Shown here piece by piece: positions 43,990 through 62,349 of a stretch of 64,000 nt of DNA. The stretch's first letter is position 1; each line of letters begins with the position of its first letter. A program made the translations under genes and the position numbers. The notes beneath the pieces are model-generated. The model made no database searches and was not told the origin of the DNA. It worked only from the letters and a program-made list of their open reading frames with translations. The stretch comes from Octopus vulgaris (taxonomy: Eukaryota), in NCBI GenBank assembly GCA_951406725.2, contig OX597832.1:35526001-35590000 (forward strand). The letters run 5' to 3'.

Positions 43990-45215
43990 TATATTCATGC
44001 CTTTGATAAATCATGGCTTGTTCCTCCTCCATTTACTTCTGCCTCTTGTAACATCAGATTCTATGCATTTCTCTATAAAACCACATTTCTGCAGCTTTGA
44101 GTCTCTTCTCCATGACTTTGCTTATCGTCCAAGACTCACATCTATATGCTAAGCGCCGACCAGCACTTCAATAGTCTTTTCTTGACTTCCATTCCAATTC
44201 TCTTTGCACAAAAAATGCTCCTCATATCCATAAAAGTCTTCTTTGCTAATCCAATTCTGCACTTGATGTCCTTATCTGACCTTCCATCTGATGTTATTCA
44301 ACTTCCCAGATCTATGAAACTATCCTTCTGCTCTATCCCAGTTCCATTCACCGCCAAGCGACATGCGGGTACCAGTGCTTTCTTGGTATAGTCCATTGAG
44401 AAGGTTTTCTGGCAGTTAATCGCCTATCCAATCTTTCCACTCTCCTCAGTCGTAATCAATCCCTGAAGCTTCTCTTCTGTGTCTGCAAACAAAGCCGTAT
44501 CATCTTCGTACCTCAGGTTCTTATAATTCCTTTCCCTGAAATTGTCTTGATCTTGTGTAGAGCTTTCTCACTATACAAGTTGAATGAATCAGGTGACAAA
44601 ATACAACCCTGCCAGACACCTTTCTGAATGTCAATCCAGTCGCCCAATTCTCCATGCATGTCTGATGGCTGCTTTCTGGTCCCAATACAAATTTTGAATC
44701 ATTCTTAGATCTTTCCCATCAATCTCCAGCTCTTCTAACTCTTCTCACCAACTCTTCATGCTTGACACAGTCAAACGCCTTCAAATAAGTCAATAAAACA
44801 GATGTACAAGTCTTTTTGTTTCCCTATACACTTTTCCACCAACGTCCTCAAGCACAGAATTGCATTTCTCGTCCCCTTTCCTGTTCGATAACTGAACTGT
44901 TCATCTGATAGGTTTCCCCTAATAGTACCTTTCATTCGATTCAACTCCACTCTCAAAATAATCTTTGCCACATGACTCATTCTGTGATTTTTGCACTCAG
45001 GTGTTCCAGACTTTTTAGGTAAGGCAAAGATTGATTCCAGCATTTCTTCAGGAACATCCCCCGAGTTGTAAACATGGTTTGCTATCTCTGTTAATTTTTC
45101 TACTCCAAAACTCCCCATAGCATTTACAAGTTCAAACGTGACGTTGTCATTTCCTATCGTTTTTCCACTTTTCATCTTGTCAGTAGTCTGCTTGATTTCA
45201 GCTGCTCTAATCACT
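43990..45215 (-). mobile_element. RTE/BovB-like LINE fragment (degenerate RT)
   Basis: ORF 44771..45292: LPKKSGTPECKNHR, EQFSYRTGKGTRNAILCLR, DLYICFID; downstream KGVWQGCILSP and NLRYEDDTAL. Confidence 0.88.
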
Positions 45216-45314
45216 GTAATTAAGTAACTGAATTGAATTTTCTTTCCTATTCTTTTGAATGCATCAAACTGAAGTGTACCGAACTGACTCAAGGAAACAT
45301 TAACTGAGTTTAAG

Positions 45315-45530
45315 GCTGTGAGCTGGCAGAAATGTTAGCATGCCGAGCGAAATGCTTAGCAGTATTTCATCTGCTATGACGTTCCAAGTTCAAATTCCAC
45401 TGAGGTCGACTTTGCCTTTTATCCTTTTGGGGTCGATAAATTAAGTACCACTTACGCACTGGGATCGATGTAATCAACTTAATCCCTTTGTCTGTCCCTC
45501 TATGTTTAGCCCTTTGTGGGCAATAAAGGA
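45315..45530 (+). mobile_element. tRNA-derived SINE (family 2, Meta-domain-like core; other copies ~20420-20800, 26545-26680 -, 31750-31950 +, 32695-32900 +)
   Basis: gagctggcagaaatgttagc...gttcaaattcc..gaggtcgactttgccttt.atcctttt.gggtcgataaattaagtacca core in several copies. Confidence 0.78.
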
Positions 45531-46339
45531 ATAGGAAACATTAACTTAGCTGATGTGGCACTGAAGTATCCATGTCTTCCAATATCTCATGATATGTGTA
45601 TCAGCTTCATGCAACTCTAGTTATTAAATTACTGCTTGACTCATCAGTAAATGTACTATTTTCTGTTCTTATAAATAAAAACTATTGTACTTAGTGGGCT
45701 GTGACAGACAAAGTTGATATTCATAGCTGACAACATGAAATGCAGACATCCTAGGATCCAATGATGTCATTCATAGCCTGATGTGTTTTTGCACATTTTG
45801 TGTGTGAAGAGAAGTTTCTGCAGCAAAAGGTCTACTCACATCCAAATGTACCTGATTGTGTTAAATATGATTGTACACAATTATATTATATTCAATGTTG
45901 CTTTGTGAAAGTCTAGTGTTTTATATGTATGTATGTATGTATATATATATATATATGTGTATATATGTGTGTATGTGTGTATGTATATATATATGTATGT
46001 ATATGTATGTGTGTATGTGTGTATGTATATATATGTATGTATATGTATGTGTGTATGTGTGTGTGTATGTATGTGTGTGTATGTATGTATATGTATGTAT
46101 GTGTGTGTGTATGTATGTATATGTATGTATATGTGTGTATGTGTATGTATGTATATGTATGTATGTATATGTATGTATGTATATGTATGTATGTATGTAT
46201 GTGTATGTATGTATGTATATGTATGTATATGTATGTATATGTATATGTATGTATGTGTATGTATGTGTATGTATATGTATGTATATATGTATGTATATGT
46301 ATGTATATGTATGTATGTATGTATATATGTATGTATGTA

Positions 46340-47437
46340 TTTATTTTATTTTTATTTAATTTATTTTATCTAGTTTCAGCTCATGAGCTGTGGCCATGCT
46401 GGGGCACCGCCATTTGGTTTACTACATGATATTACCTCACGAATGCTTATTAGCAACTGCCATTTGGTGCATGAGAGAGTTCGATGCAGCTGCCCTCATC
46501 TGCACCTCCTGCCGTGAAGTTGGTTCATCCGGGACACCTGACAGGAAGAGATCCAGTCCTACTTTAAAGACATCCGCATCCACCCATGCAGGTCCCTCAG
46601 GTTCTTCGGGAGGATATTGAAGAGCTGTGGGCCTCTGAAGCCCAGGCTATCACAGTATCTTGTCCTACATCTTGATGGCAAATTTGGAGTCCTTGGCACC
46701 ACGCAGTGGCGCCCAGTTCTGGCATTTGTGTAACTCTCGATGCCAAAGTTTGGGACAAGTCCTTCCAGGATCTTCCAGATGTATATTATGGCATATCTTT
46801 CTCGCCTACGCTCCAAGGAATAGAGTTTTAATCTCTTGAGTCTTTCCCAGTAGCTCATATGCTGCACAGAGGCTATCTTCTTCGTGTAGCTTCGTTGGAT
46901 CGCCTCGAGTTCTGTGATCAACTTGACACTGGATGGTGACCATAGCTGAGAGCAATAGTCAAAGTGGCTTAGGACAAGTGTTTTCCAGAGGACCATCATG
47001 GTTTCTTGTTCTCTTGTTCTAAAGGTTCTAAGAATCCATCCGGCCAGTCGTCTACATTTCATTGCCAATTTAGCAACATGTGCATGAAAGGTTGCGTCAT
47101 CACTCATGTAAATATCCAGGTCACGCACTGATTGTACCTCTGGGATTGCAGTCCCTCCGGGTCCAGTGTATTCATTGGGTATTGCATTTAGTTTTGCATG
47201 CTGATAGCAAAAAGCTTGAAACTTTTCAGCATTGAACTGCATGCTATTCTTTTCAGCCCACTTGTATATTTTGTCTAGCTCACATTGCAGGCGTTTAGTG
47301 TCTTCAGGGTTCTGTATTGCCTGTGAAACTTTTGTATCATCTGCATAACTTGTGATCGTGGCTCTCTGCGTGGCTGAGGGCATGTCTGAGAGGGCCATTA
47401 TGAACAGTAGTGGTCCCAAAACAGTGCCCTGCGGAAT
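46340..47437 (-). mobile_element. 5'-truncated CR1/L2-like LINE (RT C-terminus + 3' UTR)
   Basis: ORF 46559..47419 with [31 protein letters not shown]; 3' tail gcggtgccccagcatggccacagc...gctgaaac-(taaaa)n. Confidence 0.92.
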
Positions 47438-47804
47438 ATATGTGTATGTATGTATATATATATGTATATATGTATGTATATATATATATGTATGTATATA
47501 TATATGTATATATATATATGTATGTATATATATATGTATATATATATATGTATGTATATATATATGTATATATATATATGTAAGTATGTATATATGTATA
47601 TATATATATGTAAGTATGTATATATATATGTATGTATATATATATATATTTATGTGTGTATATGTGTATGTATATATGTATGTATGTATGTGTGTATGTA
47701 TGTATATGTATGTATGTGTATATATATGTATGTATGTATGTGTATATATATGTATATGTATGTATATGTATATGTATGTATGTATGTATGTGTATATGTA
47801 TGTG

Positions 47805-47836
<32 letters not shown>

Positions 47837-48068
47837 TGTATGTATATATGTGTGTATGTATGCATGTATATATATATATATGTATGTATGTATATGTATG
47901 TATGTATGTATATGTATGTATGTATATATGTATGTATGTATATATATGTATCTGTATGTATATATATATGTATGTATGTATGTATGTGTGTGTGTATGTA
48001 TGTGTGTATGTATGTATATATGTATATGTATGTAAGTATGTATATATGTATATATATATATATATATA

Positions 48069-48123
48069 CTTTTTTTTTAGCTTCAGCTCAGAGCTGCGGC
48101 CATGCTGATGCACCACCGTTTTG
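48069..48123 (-). mobile_element. Isolated LINE/SINE 3' tail inside microsatellite
   Basis: Reverse complement ggtggtgcatcagcatggccgcagctctgagctgaagctaaaaaaaa matches the CR1 3' tail motif. Confidence 0.65.
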
Positions 48124-48307
48124 TATACATGTATGTATATATGTATGTATTTATATATGTGTATGTATGTATATATATATATATATGTATATATGTATAT
48201 ATATATATATGTATGTATATATATATGTATATATATATATATGTATGTATATATATATGTATATGTATATATGTATATATATATGTATATATGTATATGT
48301 ATATATG

Positions 48308-48338
<31 letters not shown>

Positions 48339-48351
48339 GTATGTATATATG

Positions 48352-48398
<47 letters not shown>

Positions 48399-49049
48399 AT
48401 ATATATATGTATATATATATGTATATATATATGTATGTATGTATATATATATGTATGTATGTATATATATATGTATGTATGTATATATATATGTATGTAT
48501 GTATATATATATATGTATGTATGTATATATATATATGTATGTATGTATGTATGTATATATATATATGTATGTATGTATATATATATATGTATGTATGTAT
48601 ATATATATATGTATGTATGTATATATATATATGTATGTATGTATATATATATATATATGTATGTATGTATATATATATATATATGTATGTATGTATATAT
48701 ATATATATATGTATGTATGTATGTATATATATATGTATGTATGTATATATGTATGTATGTATATATATATATGTATGTATATATATATGTATGTATATAT
48801 ATATGTATGTATATATATATGTATGTATGTATATATATGTATGTATGTATATGTATATATATATGTATATATATATGTATATATATATGTATATATATGT
48901 ATGTATGTATGTATATATATGTATATGTATGTATATATGTATATATATGTATCTATGTATATATATGTATATATATGTATGTATATATGTATATATATGT
49001 ATATGTATATATATGTATGTATATATGTATATATATGTATGTATATATG

Positions 49050-49082
<33 letters not shown>

Positions 49083-49431
49083 GTATGTATATATATATGT
49101 ATGTATATATGTATATATATATATGTATGTATATATGTATATATATATATGTATGTATATATGTATGTATATATATATGTATGTATATATGTATATATAT
49201 ATGTATGTATATATGTATATATATATATATGTATGTATATATGTATATATATATGTATGTATATATATATATATAGATGTATATATGTATATATATATAT
49301 ATGTATATATATATATGTATATATATATATATGTATGTATATATATATGTATGTATATATATATATATGTATATATATATGTATATATATATGTATATAT
49401 GTATGTATATATATATATGTATGTATATATG

Positions 49432-49462
<31 letters not shown>

Positions 49463-49769
49463 GTATGTATATATGTATATATATATATGTATGTATATAT
49501 ATGTATATATATATATGTATGTATATATGTATATATATATATGTATGTATATATGTATATATATATATGTATGTATATATGTATATATATATATATGTAT
49601 GTATATATGTATATATATATATATGTATGTATATATATATATATGTATGTATATGTATATATATATGTATGTATATATATATATGTATGTATATATGTAT
49701 ATATATATGTATGTATATATGTATATATATATATATATGTATATATATATGTATATATATATATATATG

Positions 49770-49902
<133 letters not shown>

Positions 49903-50284
49903 GTATGTATATATGTATATATATATATATGTATGTATATATGTATATATATATATGTATGTATATATGTATATATATATATATGTATGTATATATGTAT
50001 ATATGTATATATGTATGTATATATGTATATATGTATATATATATGTATATATGTATGTATATATGTATATATATATGTATGTATATATGTATATATATAT
50101 GTATGTATATATGTATATATATATATGTATGTATATATATATTATGTATGTATGTATATATATATATGTATGTATATATGTATATATATATATATGTATG
50201 TATATATGTATATATATATGTATGTATATATGTATATATATATATGTATGTATATATGTATATATATATATGTATGTATATATG

Positions 50285-50319
<35 letters not shown>

Positions 50320-50450
50320 GTATATATGTATATATATATATGTATGTATATATGTATGTATATATATATATATGTATGTATATATGTATATATATATGTA
50401 TGTATATATATATGTATGTATATATGTATATATATATGTATGTATATATG

Positions 50451-50484
<34 letters not shown>

Positions 50485-50844
50485 TATGTATGTATATATA
50501 TATATATATATATGTATGTATATATGTATATATGTATGTATGTATATATGTATATATATATATATGTATGTATGTATATATGTATATATATATATGTATG
50601 TATATATGTATATATATATATATGTATGTATATATGTATATATATATGTATGTATATATGTATATATATATATATGTATGTATATATGTATATATATATA
50701 TGTATGTATATATGTATATATATATATGTATATGTATATATATATGTATGTATATATGTATATATATATATGTATGTATATATGTATATATATATGTATG
50801 TATATATGTATATATATATATATGTATATATGTATATATATATG

Positions 50845-50895
<51 letters not shown>

Positions 50896-51232
50896 GTATG
50901 TATATATGTATATATATATATGTATGTATATATGTATATATATATATATGTATGTATGTATATATATATATATGTATGTATGTATATATGTATATATATA
51001 TATGTATGTATATATGTATATATATATATGTATGTATATATGTATATATATATGTATGTATATATATATATATATGTATGTATATATGTATATATATATG
51101 TATGTATATATGTATATATATATGTATGTATATATGTATATATATATGTATGTATATATGTATATATATATGTATGTATATATGTATATATATATGTATG
51201 TATATATGTATATATATATGTATGTATATATG

Positions 51233-51265
<33 letters not shown>

Positions 51266-51266
51266 G

Positions 51267-51301
<35 letters not shown>

Positions 51302-51369
51302 GTATGTATATATAATATATATATATATGTATGTATATATATATATGTATGTATATATATATATGTATG

Positions 51370-51404
<35 letters not shown>

Positions 51405-52030
51405 GTATATATATATATGATTGATTGATATGATTGATTGATATAGTTCAGTATGAGCTGTATATGGGCACCGCCATATGGTATGTATTGGTATATATAT
51501 ATGTATGTATATACAACTGCTATTTGCATGATATATATGAGCTGCTCTCATCTGCCCCTATGCCGTGATATTATATCTGGGACACCTGTATATATATATA
51601 TCCAGCTTCATGTTATATATATCTGTATCACCCATGCAGGTATATCAGGTTCTTCGGGAGGATATTGAAGAGCTGTATATTATCACAGATATCTTGTCCT
51701 ACATATTGATATGTATGTATACCACGCAGTATTATATATATATATGTATGTATATATATATATGTATGTATATATGTATATATATATATATGTATGTATA
51801 TATGTATATCTATATATGTATGTATATATGTATATATATATGTATGTATATATGTATATATATATATGTATGTATATATGTATATATATATATGTATGTA
51901 TATATGTATATATATATATATATGTATATGTATATGTATGTATATATATATGTATATATATATATGTATGTATATATATATGTATGTATATATATATATG
52001 TATGTATATATATATATATGTATGTATATA

Positions 52031-52089
<59 letters not shown>

Positions 52090-52369
52090 GTATGTATATA
52101 TATATATGTATGTATATATATATGTATGTATATATATATATGTATGTATATATATATATGTATGTATATATATATATGTATGTATATATATATATGTATG
52201 TATATGTATATATATATATGTATGTATATATGTATATATATATATATATGTATGTATATATGTATATATATATATATGTATATATATATGTATATATATA
52301 TATATGTATGTATATATGTATATATATATATGTATGTATATATGTATATATATGTATGTATATATGTAT

Positions 52370-52400
<31 letters not shown>

Positions 52401-52415
52401 TGTATATATATATGT

Positions 52416-52520
<105 letters not shown>

Positions 52521-52571
52521 TATATGTATGTATATATATATATATGTATGTATATATATATATATGTATGT

Positions 52572-52612
<41 letters not shown>

Positions 52613-52712
52613 TATGTATGTATATATATATATGTATGTATATATATATATATATGTATATATATGTATATATATATGTATATATATGTATATATATATG
52701 TATATATATATG

Positions 52713-52752
<40 letters not shown>

Positions 52753-52828
52753 TATGTATGTATATATATATATGTATGTATATATATATATGTATGTATA
52801 TATATATATGTATGTATATATATGCATG

Positions 52829-52866
<38 letters not shown>

Positions 52867-53140
52867 TGTATGTATATATATGTATATATATATATGTATG
52901 TATATATATATGTATGTATATATGTATGTATGTATATATGTATGTATGTATATATATGTATGTATGTATATATATATATGTGTATGTATGTATATATATG
53001 TATGTATGTATATATATACATGTATATATATATGTATGTATATATGTATGTATATATATATGTATGTATATATATATGTATGTATGTATATATGTATGTA
53101 TGTATATATGTATGTATATATGTATGTATATGTATATATG

Positions 53141-53172
<32 letters not shown>

Positions 53173-53255
53173 TATATGTATGTATGTATATATATATGTA
53201 TGTATATATGTATGTATATATATATATGTATGTATATATATATATATGTATGTAT

Positions 53256-53289
<34 letters not shown>

Positions 53290-53370
53290 GTATATATATG
53301 TATGTATGTATATGTATGTATGTATATATATGTATGTATATATGTATGTATATATGTATGTATGTATATG

Positions 53371-53437
<67 letters not shown>

Positions 53438-53438
53438 G

Positions 53439-53474
<36 letters not shown>

Positions 53475-53554
53475 TATATATGTATGTATGTATATGTATG
53501 TATGTATGTATGTATATATATGTATGTATGTATATATATGTATGTATGTATATG

Positions 53555-53598
<44 letters not shown>

Positions 53599-53649
53599 CA
53601 TATGTATGTATATATATATATATGTATGTATGTATATATATGTATGTAT

Positions 53650-54618
53650 GATAATTCCAAGCTCCAGAAGGTCATCAATGGCGTTGATGACCGAATAAAC
53701 CTTCAGTCAGACCTACTAGCTGTTGTCCAATGGGCGGAAAAGAATAACATGTTGCTAAATGAAGACAAATTCGAACTGATCCACTTTGGAAGGGAGGACG
53801 CTCTGAAACTCCCATACTCTCTTCCTTCTGGAGAAATTCTCATGGCATCCAACAACATCAGAGACCTGGGAGTAACAGTGGACAACAACATAAGCTGGGC
53901 TACACATATAAGCAGCAAAGTTGACATGGCCCGCAGAACGTGTTCCTGGATTCTCAGAACCTTCCAGTCGAGAGATTCCCACGCTATTATCCTTCTCTTC
54001 TCCACTTTTGCCCGACCCCACCTTGAATACTGCTGTCCACTGTGGTCTCCCTACACAAAACAAAATATTATGAGAATTGAAGCTCCCCAAAGGTCAATCA
54101 CACAAAAGATAGATGGCATGTCAGACCTTGACTACTGGGGTAGACTAGAGAAGCTGAAATTGTATTCACTCCAACGACGCCGTGAACGCTACATTATCTG
54201 TATGATGTGGAAAATATTCCATCAGCACTGTCCGAATGATGTTGGCATCACCTTCAAAATGCATCCAAGGCTTGGACCACGTGCCATCCGTCCACAACAA
54301 AAATCTAAATCGCATCACATAACGACAATACGGCACAACTATTTCACCTCAATTGGACCCGCTCTCTTCAACATTACACCAGGACACGTCAAAAAAGAAA
54401 CTGACCACACAAAATTCAAGAAGTCTTTGGACAAATTCCTTCAAACAGTACCGGACAAACCATCCACACCCGGATATGTCTCCGCAAACAATAACTCTCT
54501 GCTCGAATGGGCCTTGGTGCCCAAATCCTGAACTGAAAGACTTCGCCAGGTGGTGCTATTAAGTTAGACATGGCCTGGGCCAATACTGGCCAAAAACCTT
54601 TCTAAGTTATTCTAAGTT
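53650..54618 (+). mobile_element. 5'-truncated CR1/L2-like LINE (RT C-terminus + 3' UTR)
   Basis: Open frame DNSKLQK...[14 protein letters not shown]...[13 protein letters not shown]...[11 protein letters not shown]...NSLLEW to stop at 54531; tail (ctaagttat)x2. Confidence 0.92.
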
Positions 54619-55031
54619 ATATGTATGTATGTATATATATGTATGTATATATGTATGTATGTATATATGTATGTATGTATATATATATACATGTATGTAT
54701 GTATGTATGTATGTATGTATGTATGTATGTATATATGTATGTATGTATGTATGTATATATATATGTATGTATGTATGTATATATATATGAATGTATGTAT
54801 GTATATATATATGAATGTATGTATGTATATATATATGTATGTATGTATATATATATATGTATGTATGTATGTATATATATATGAATGTATGTATGTATAT
54901 ATATATGTATGTATGTATGTATATATATATGTATGTATGTATGTATATATATATGTATGTATGTATATATATATGTATGTATATATATATGTATGTATAT
55001 ATATATATGTATGTATATATATATATGTATG

Positions 55032-55064
<33 letters not shown>

Positions 55065-55066
55065 GT

Positions 55067-55344
<278 letters not shown>

Positions 55345-55382
55345 GTATGTATATATGTATGTATGTATATATGTATGTATAT

Positions 55383-55609
<227 letters not shown>

Positions 55610-55628
55610 GTATATATATATGTATATA

Positions 55629-55687
<59 letters not shown>

Positions 55688-55748
55688 GTATATGTATATA
55701 TATATGTATATGTATATATATATGTATATGTATATATATATGTATATA

Positions 55749-55901
<153 letters not shown>

Positions 55902-55939
55902 GTATGTATGTATATGTATGTATGTATATATATATATGT

Positions 55940-56005
<66 letters not shown>

Positions 56006-56103
56006 GTATGTATGTATGTATATATATATATTATGTATGTATATATATATATGTATGTATGTATATATATATATGTATGTATGTATATATATATGTATGT
56101 ATG

Positions 56104-56137
<34 letters not shown>

Positions 56138-56295
56138 TGTATATATATATATATGTATGTATGTATGTATATATATATATGTATGTATGTATGTATATAT
56201 ATATGTATGTATGTATATATATATGTATGTATGTATATGTATGTATGTATATATGTATGTATATATATATGTATGTATATATATATGTATGTATG

Positions 56296-56331
<36 letters not shown>

Positions 56332-57214
56332 TGTATATATATATATATGTATGTATGTATGTATATATATATATGTATGTATGTATGTATATATATATAT
56401 GTATGTATGTATGTATATATATATATATGTATGTATGTATGTATATATATATGTATGTATGTATATATATATGTATGTATGTATATGTATGTATGTATAT
56501 ATGTATGTATATATATATGTATATATATATGTATGTATGTATATATATGTATGTATGTATATATGTATATATGTATGTATGTATGTATATATGTATGTAT
56601 ATATATATGTATGTATGTATATATGTATATATGTATGTATGTATGTATATATGTATGTATATATATATGTATGTATGTATATATATGTATGTATGTATGT
56701 ATGTATATATGTATATATGTATGTATATATGTATGTATATATATATGTATGTATGTATATATATATGTATGTATGTATATATATATGTATGTATGTATAT
56801 ATATATGTATGTATGTATGTATATATATATATATATGTATGTATATATATATGTATGTATATATATATGTATGTATATATATATGTATGTATATATATAT
56901 ATGTATATATATATATGTATGTATATATATATGTATGTATATATATATGTATGTATATATATATATGTATGTATATATATATGTATGTATATATATATGT
57001 ATGTATGTATGTATATGTATGTATGTATATGTATGTATGTGTATATATATGTATGTATATATATATGTATGTATGTATATATATGTATATGTATGTATAT
57101 ATGTATATGTATGTATGTATGTGTATATATATATATGTATGTATATATATATGTATGTATATATATATGTATGTATATATATATGTATGTATGTATATAT
57201 ATATGTATGTATAT

Positions 57215-57255
<41 letters not shown>

Positions 57256-57269
57256 TATATGTGTGTATA

Positions 57270-57312
<43 letters not shown>

Positions 57313-58050
57313 GTGTATGTATATGTATGTATGTATGTGTATGTATATGTATGTATGTATGTATATATATATGTATGTATATATGTGTATGTATATGTAT
57401 GTATGTATGTATGTATATATATATGTATGTATATATATATGTATGTATGTATATATATATATGTATATATATATGTATGTATATATGTGTATGTATATGT
57501 ATGTATGTATGTATATATGTATGTATGTATGTATATGTATGTATATATATATATGTATGTATGTATATAAGTAGCTTGCTAACCAACCACATGGTTGCGT
57601 GTTCAGTCTCACTGCGTGGCATCTTGGGCAAGTGTCTTCTGCTATAGCCCCGGGCCGACCAATGACTTGGGAGTGGATTTGGTAGACGGAAACTGAAAGA
57701 AGCCTGTTGTATATATGCATATATATGTGTATGTGTTTGTCCCCCTAGCATTGATTGACAGCTGATGCAGGTGTGTTTACGTCCCCGTCACTTAGCGGTT
57801 CGGCAAAAGAGACCGATAGAATAAGTACTGGGTGTCGATTTGCTCGATCGACTAAAGGCGGTGTGTAGGAAAACGAATATGAAAAAAAAAAAAATGTGCG
57901 GAAATCAAGAGGATGGAGAGAGGAGTTCAGAAAGTTCATAAGATCCCAGTTTTAGAGAGTGGGTAATAAATCCAAATTTTAAATATTCCTCTGAGTATTG
58001 AACCTGCATTACTCATTTTATATATTTTCACATACCAATAAATAAATATG

Positions 58051-58265
58051 GAGGAATTAAAAAAAAAAAAATTAAAAATATCCTTCAAACCCCTCCTGCA
58101 CATGTTTGTCCAGGTTTTGACACTTTAGAGACATCAGATCTTACGAATCTGGATACCAAGACTGATAAGATCTGATGTCTCTAAAGTGTCAAAATTTGGA
58201 TGGATTTGTGCGGGAGGGGTGTGAAGGATATTTTTAATTTTTTTTTTTTTCCTTAATAATTCCTT
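58051..58265. repeat. Fold-back / MITE-like inverted repeat (~90-bp imperfect arms, ~22-nt spacer)
   Basis: ttttgacactttagagacatcagatctta vs taagatctgatgtctctaaagtgtcaaaa, with further pairing of attaaaaatatccttca / tgaaggatatttttaat. Confidence 0.85.
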
Positions 58266-59181
58266 CTTGAACTTCCCCCTTTCTCTTATTGATGATATAC
58301 ACTGGGCAGAGACATTTGCAGTTTCAGGTCTTCTTTTATTTCCTTCAGCCAATTAACCAAGGCCATGCTGGGGCAGTGCTTTCAAGGGTTTAGTCGAAGA
58401 AATTGACCCCAGGACTTTTTTCTTTAAAGTTTGATAATTACCCTATTAGCCTCTTGCTGAACTGTTACGTTACAGGGATGTGAACAAACCAACACCAATT
58501 GTCAAGCTATACCAGGGATGGTCAACACGCTGAGACCTTTCGAAGTATGCTGTGCGCGAGAAGACCCGGCAGGACACGTGAGGCCATAACCCATGGCCCC
58601 TACCTGGGACGTAGTCAGTCCACCTGTGCATACCTTCCTTCTTGGGACACACAACTCTACTTGTGAAAACCTGTTGAGGCAAGTGAAAATCAAATCAAAT
58701 CAAAATCGATGAACATCAATGGAATTTGCATTTTTGTGGTACTAGTGCCGGTGGCACATAAGAAAACCATCCGAACGTGGCTGTAACCAGTAACGCATCG
58801 ACTGGTCTCCGTGCTGTGGGCACATAACAAACATCATCCGATCGTGGCCATTCGCCGGCCTCGTCTGGCACCTGTTTCGGTGGCACATAAAAAGCACCCA
58901 CTACACTCACGGAGTGGTTGGCGTTAGGAAGGGCATCCAGCTGTAGAAACACTGCCAGATCAGACTGGGCCTGGCGCAGCCTTCTGGCTTCCCAGACCCC
59001 AGTTGAACCGTCCAACCCATGACAGCATGGAAAGGGGACGCTAATTGATGATGATGATGATGATGATGATATGTATATGTATGTATGTATGTATATATGT
59101 ACGTATGTATGTATGTATATATGTATTTATATATATATGTATGTATGTATGTATATATATATGTATATATATATGTATATA

Positions 59182-59224
<43 letters not shown>

Positions 59225-59271
59225 ATATATATATATGTATGTATATATATATATGTATGTATATATATATG

Positions 59272-59368
<97 letters not shown>

Positions 59369-59381
59369 GTATATATATATG

Positions 59382-59412
<31 letters not shown>

Positions 59413-59430
59413 GTATATATTATATATATG

Positions 59431-59577
<147 letters not shown>

Positions 59578-59598
59578 ATATATATATATATATATATG

Positions 59599-59646
<48 letters not shown>

Positions 59647-59664
59647 ATATATATATATATATAT

Positions 59665-59743
<79 letters not shown>

Positions 59744-59774
59744 ATATGTGTGTGTATGTGTATGTGTGTATATA

Positions 59775-59805
<31 letters not shown>

Positions 59806-59850
59806 GTGTGTGTGTGTATATATATATATGTATATATATATATGTATATA

Positions 59851-59893
<43 letters not shown>

Positions 59894-59916
59894 GTATATA
59901 TATATATATGTATATA

Positions 59917-60085
<169 letters not shown>

Positions 60086-60102
60086 GTATATATATATATA
60101 TG

Positions 60103-60394
<292 letters not shown>

Positions 60395-60451
60395 GTATAT
60401 GTATATGTATATATATATGTATATATATGTATATGTATATATATATGTATA

Positions 60452-60506
<55 letters not shown>

Positions 60507-60521
60507 GTATATATATATATG

Positions 60522-60690
<169 letters not shown>

Positions 60691-60719
60691 GTATATATAT
60701 ATGTATATATATATGTATA

Positions 60720-60854
<135 letters not shown>

Positions 60855-61023
60855 GTATATATATATGTATATATATATGTATATATATATGTATATATGT
60901 ATGTATATATGTATGTATATATGTATGTATATATGTATGTATATATGTATATATATATATGTATATATATATGTATGTATATATATATGTATGTATATAT
61001 ATATATATATGTATATATATATG

Positions 61024-61092
<69 letters not shown>

Positions 61093-61093
61093 G

Positions 61094-61126
<33 letters not shown>

Positions 61127-61131
61127 GTATG

Positions 61132-61162
<31 letters not shown>

Positions 61163-61167
61163 GTATG

Positions 61168-61198
<31 letters not shown>

Positions 61199-61203
61199 GT
61201 ATG

Positions 61204-61238
<35 letters not shown>

Positions 61239-61279
61239 GTATATATATATGTATGTATATATATATATATATGTATATA

Positions 61280-61337
<58 letters not shown>

Positions 61338-61465
61338 TATATATATATATATGTATATATATATGTATATATGTATGTATATATATATATATATGTATAT
61401 ATATATGTATATATGTATGTATATATATATATATATGTATATATATATGTATATATGTATATATG

Positions 61466-61498
<33 letters not shown>

Positions 61499-61499
61499 G

Positions 61500-61544
<45 letters not shown>

Positions 61545-61555
61545 ATATGTATATA

Positions 61556-61600
<45 letters not shown>

Positions 61601-61703
61601 TATATATATATGTATATATATATGTATATATATATAGTATATATATATGTATATATATATGTATATATATATATGTATATATATATGTATGTATATATAT
61701 ATG

Positions 61704-61736
<33 letters not shown>

Positions 61737-62067
61737 GCATGTATATATATATATGCATGTATATATATATATGCATGTATATATATATGCATGTATATAT
61801 ATATATGCATGTATATATACATATGCATGTATATATATATATGCATGTATATATGTATATGCATGTATATATGTATGTATGTGTATGTATGTATGTATAT
61901 ATATATTTGTACGTGTGTATATATATATTTGTATGTATATATATATGTATATATATGTATGTATATATATTTGTATGTGTGTCTGTATATATATTTGTAT
62001 GTGTGTGTATATATATTTGTATGTATGTATATATATGTATGTGTATATACATATGTATGTATGTATG

Positions 62068-62103
<36 letters not shown>

Positions 62104-62123
62104 TGTATGTATATATCTATGTA

Positions 62124-62158
<35 letters not shown>

Positions 62159-62247
62159 GTATGTATATGTATGTATGTATGTATATGTATGTATGTATGT
62201 ATATGTATGTATGTATATGTATGTATGTATATGTATGTATATATATG

Positions 62248-62279
<32 letters not shown>

Positions 62280-62285
62280 TGTATG

Positions 62286-62317
<32 letters not shown>

Positions 62318-62349
62318 TGTATGTATGTATGTATGTATATATATATATA

